Shown piece by piece: positions 63,548 through 64,000 of a stretch of DNA of 64,000 bases. How positions within the stretch are numbered: the stretch's first letter is position 1; the number at the start of each line of letters is the position of its first letter. The stretch comes from Okamejei kenojei (taxonomy: Eukaryota): positions 32,860,001 through 32,924,000 of the forward strand of contig CM069132.1 in assembly GCA_035221665.1 (NCBI GenBank), written 5' to 3'. Position numbers and translations under genes: made by a program. Under the pieces are notes generated by a model. The model worked only from the letters and a program-made list of their open reading frames with translations. It did not search any database and was not told the origin of the DNA.

Positions 63548-64000
63548 TTAGCTTAGTTTATAGTCACATGTACTGAGGTACAGTGAAAAGCTTTTATCAC
63601 GTGCTAACCAGTCAGCATAAAGACAATACATATTTACAATCGAGCCATTTTGTGTATAGATGCAGGATAAGGGAATTATGTATAGTGCAAGGTAAAACCA
63701 GTAAGGTCCGATCAAAGAAAGTCTGAGAGTCACCAATGAGGTAGATAGTAGTTCAGGACTGTTTTCCAGTTGTGGTGGAATGAATCAGTTACCTGACAAC
63801 AGCTGGGAAGAAACTCCATGAATCTAGGGATTTTCCCAAGTGCGTTTTCACATTTTTATACCTTTTAACCGAAGGGAAAAGAGGGAGTGGCCAGGGTACG
63901 ATTCGTCCTTGATTATGTTGCTGGCCTTGGAAAGGCAGTGCGGGATATCAAAGGTGTCAATGGAAGGGAGGTTGGTCTGTGTGAATGTCTGGGCTGTGTT
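63548..64000 (-). mobile_element. Rex1/Babar-like LINE 3' end, continuing past the window edge
   Basis: Homologous to 3406-3762 and 50648-51090. Confidence 0.75.

Overview
This is eukaryotic, repeat-dense, apparently intronic or intergenic DNA. The repeat complement (HE1-like tRNA-derived SINEs, CR1/HER1-like LINEs, Penelope-like elements, Rex1/Babar-like LINE tails) suggests a cartilaginous fish, probably a skate or ray (inference). I could not support any host protein-coding exon; almost all ORFs in the track are transposon fragments or chance frames. Main contents: an open L1-clade endonuclease ORF running off the left edge (absent from the ORF track); four long decayed CR1 ORF2 copies; a TSD-flanked Penelope GIY-YIG element; an internally deleted DIRS-type tyrosine-recombinase retrotransposon; PIF/Harbinger MITEs and a Harbinger transposase fossil; a TAG..CTA DNA transposon; and two assembly gaps. 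The most interesting signals are (i) about 15 minimal hammerhead-ribozyme-like motifs in short Penelope-derived repeats, including a 44-nt tandem pair inside a palindrome, (ii) three ultra-short intron-like cassettes and an 87/174-bp higher-order coding repeat in the DIRS element, and (iii) several unexplained fold-back or template-switch structures. I see no evidence of a wholly new multi-gene system. Repeat boundaries are approximate unless a TSD is given.
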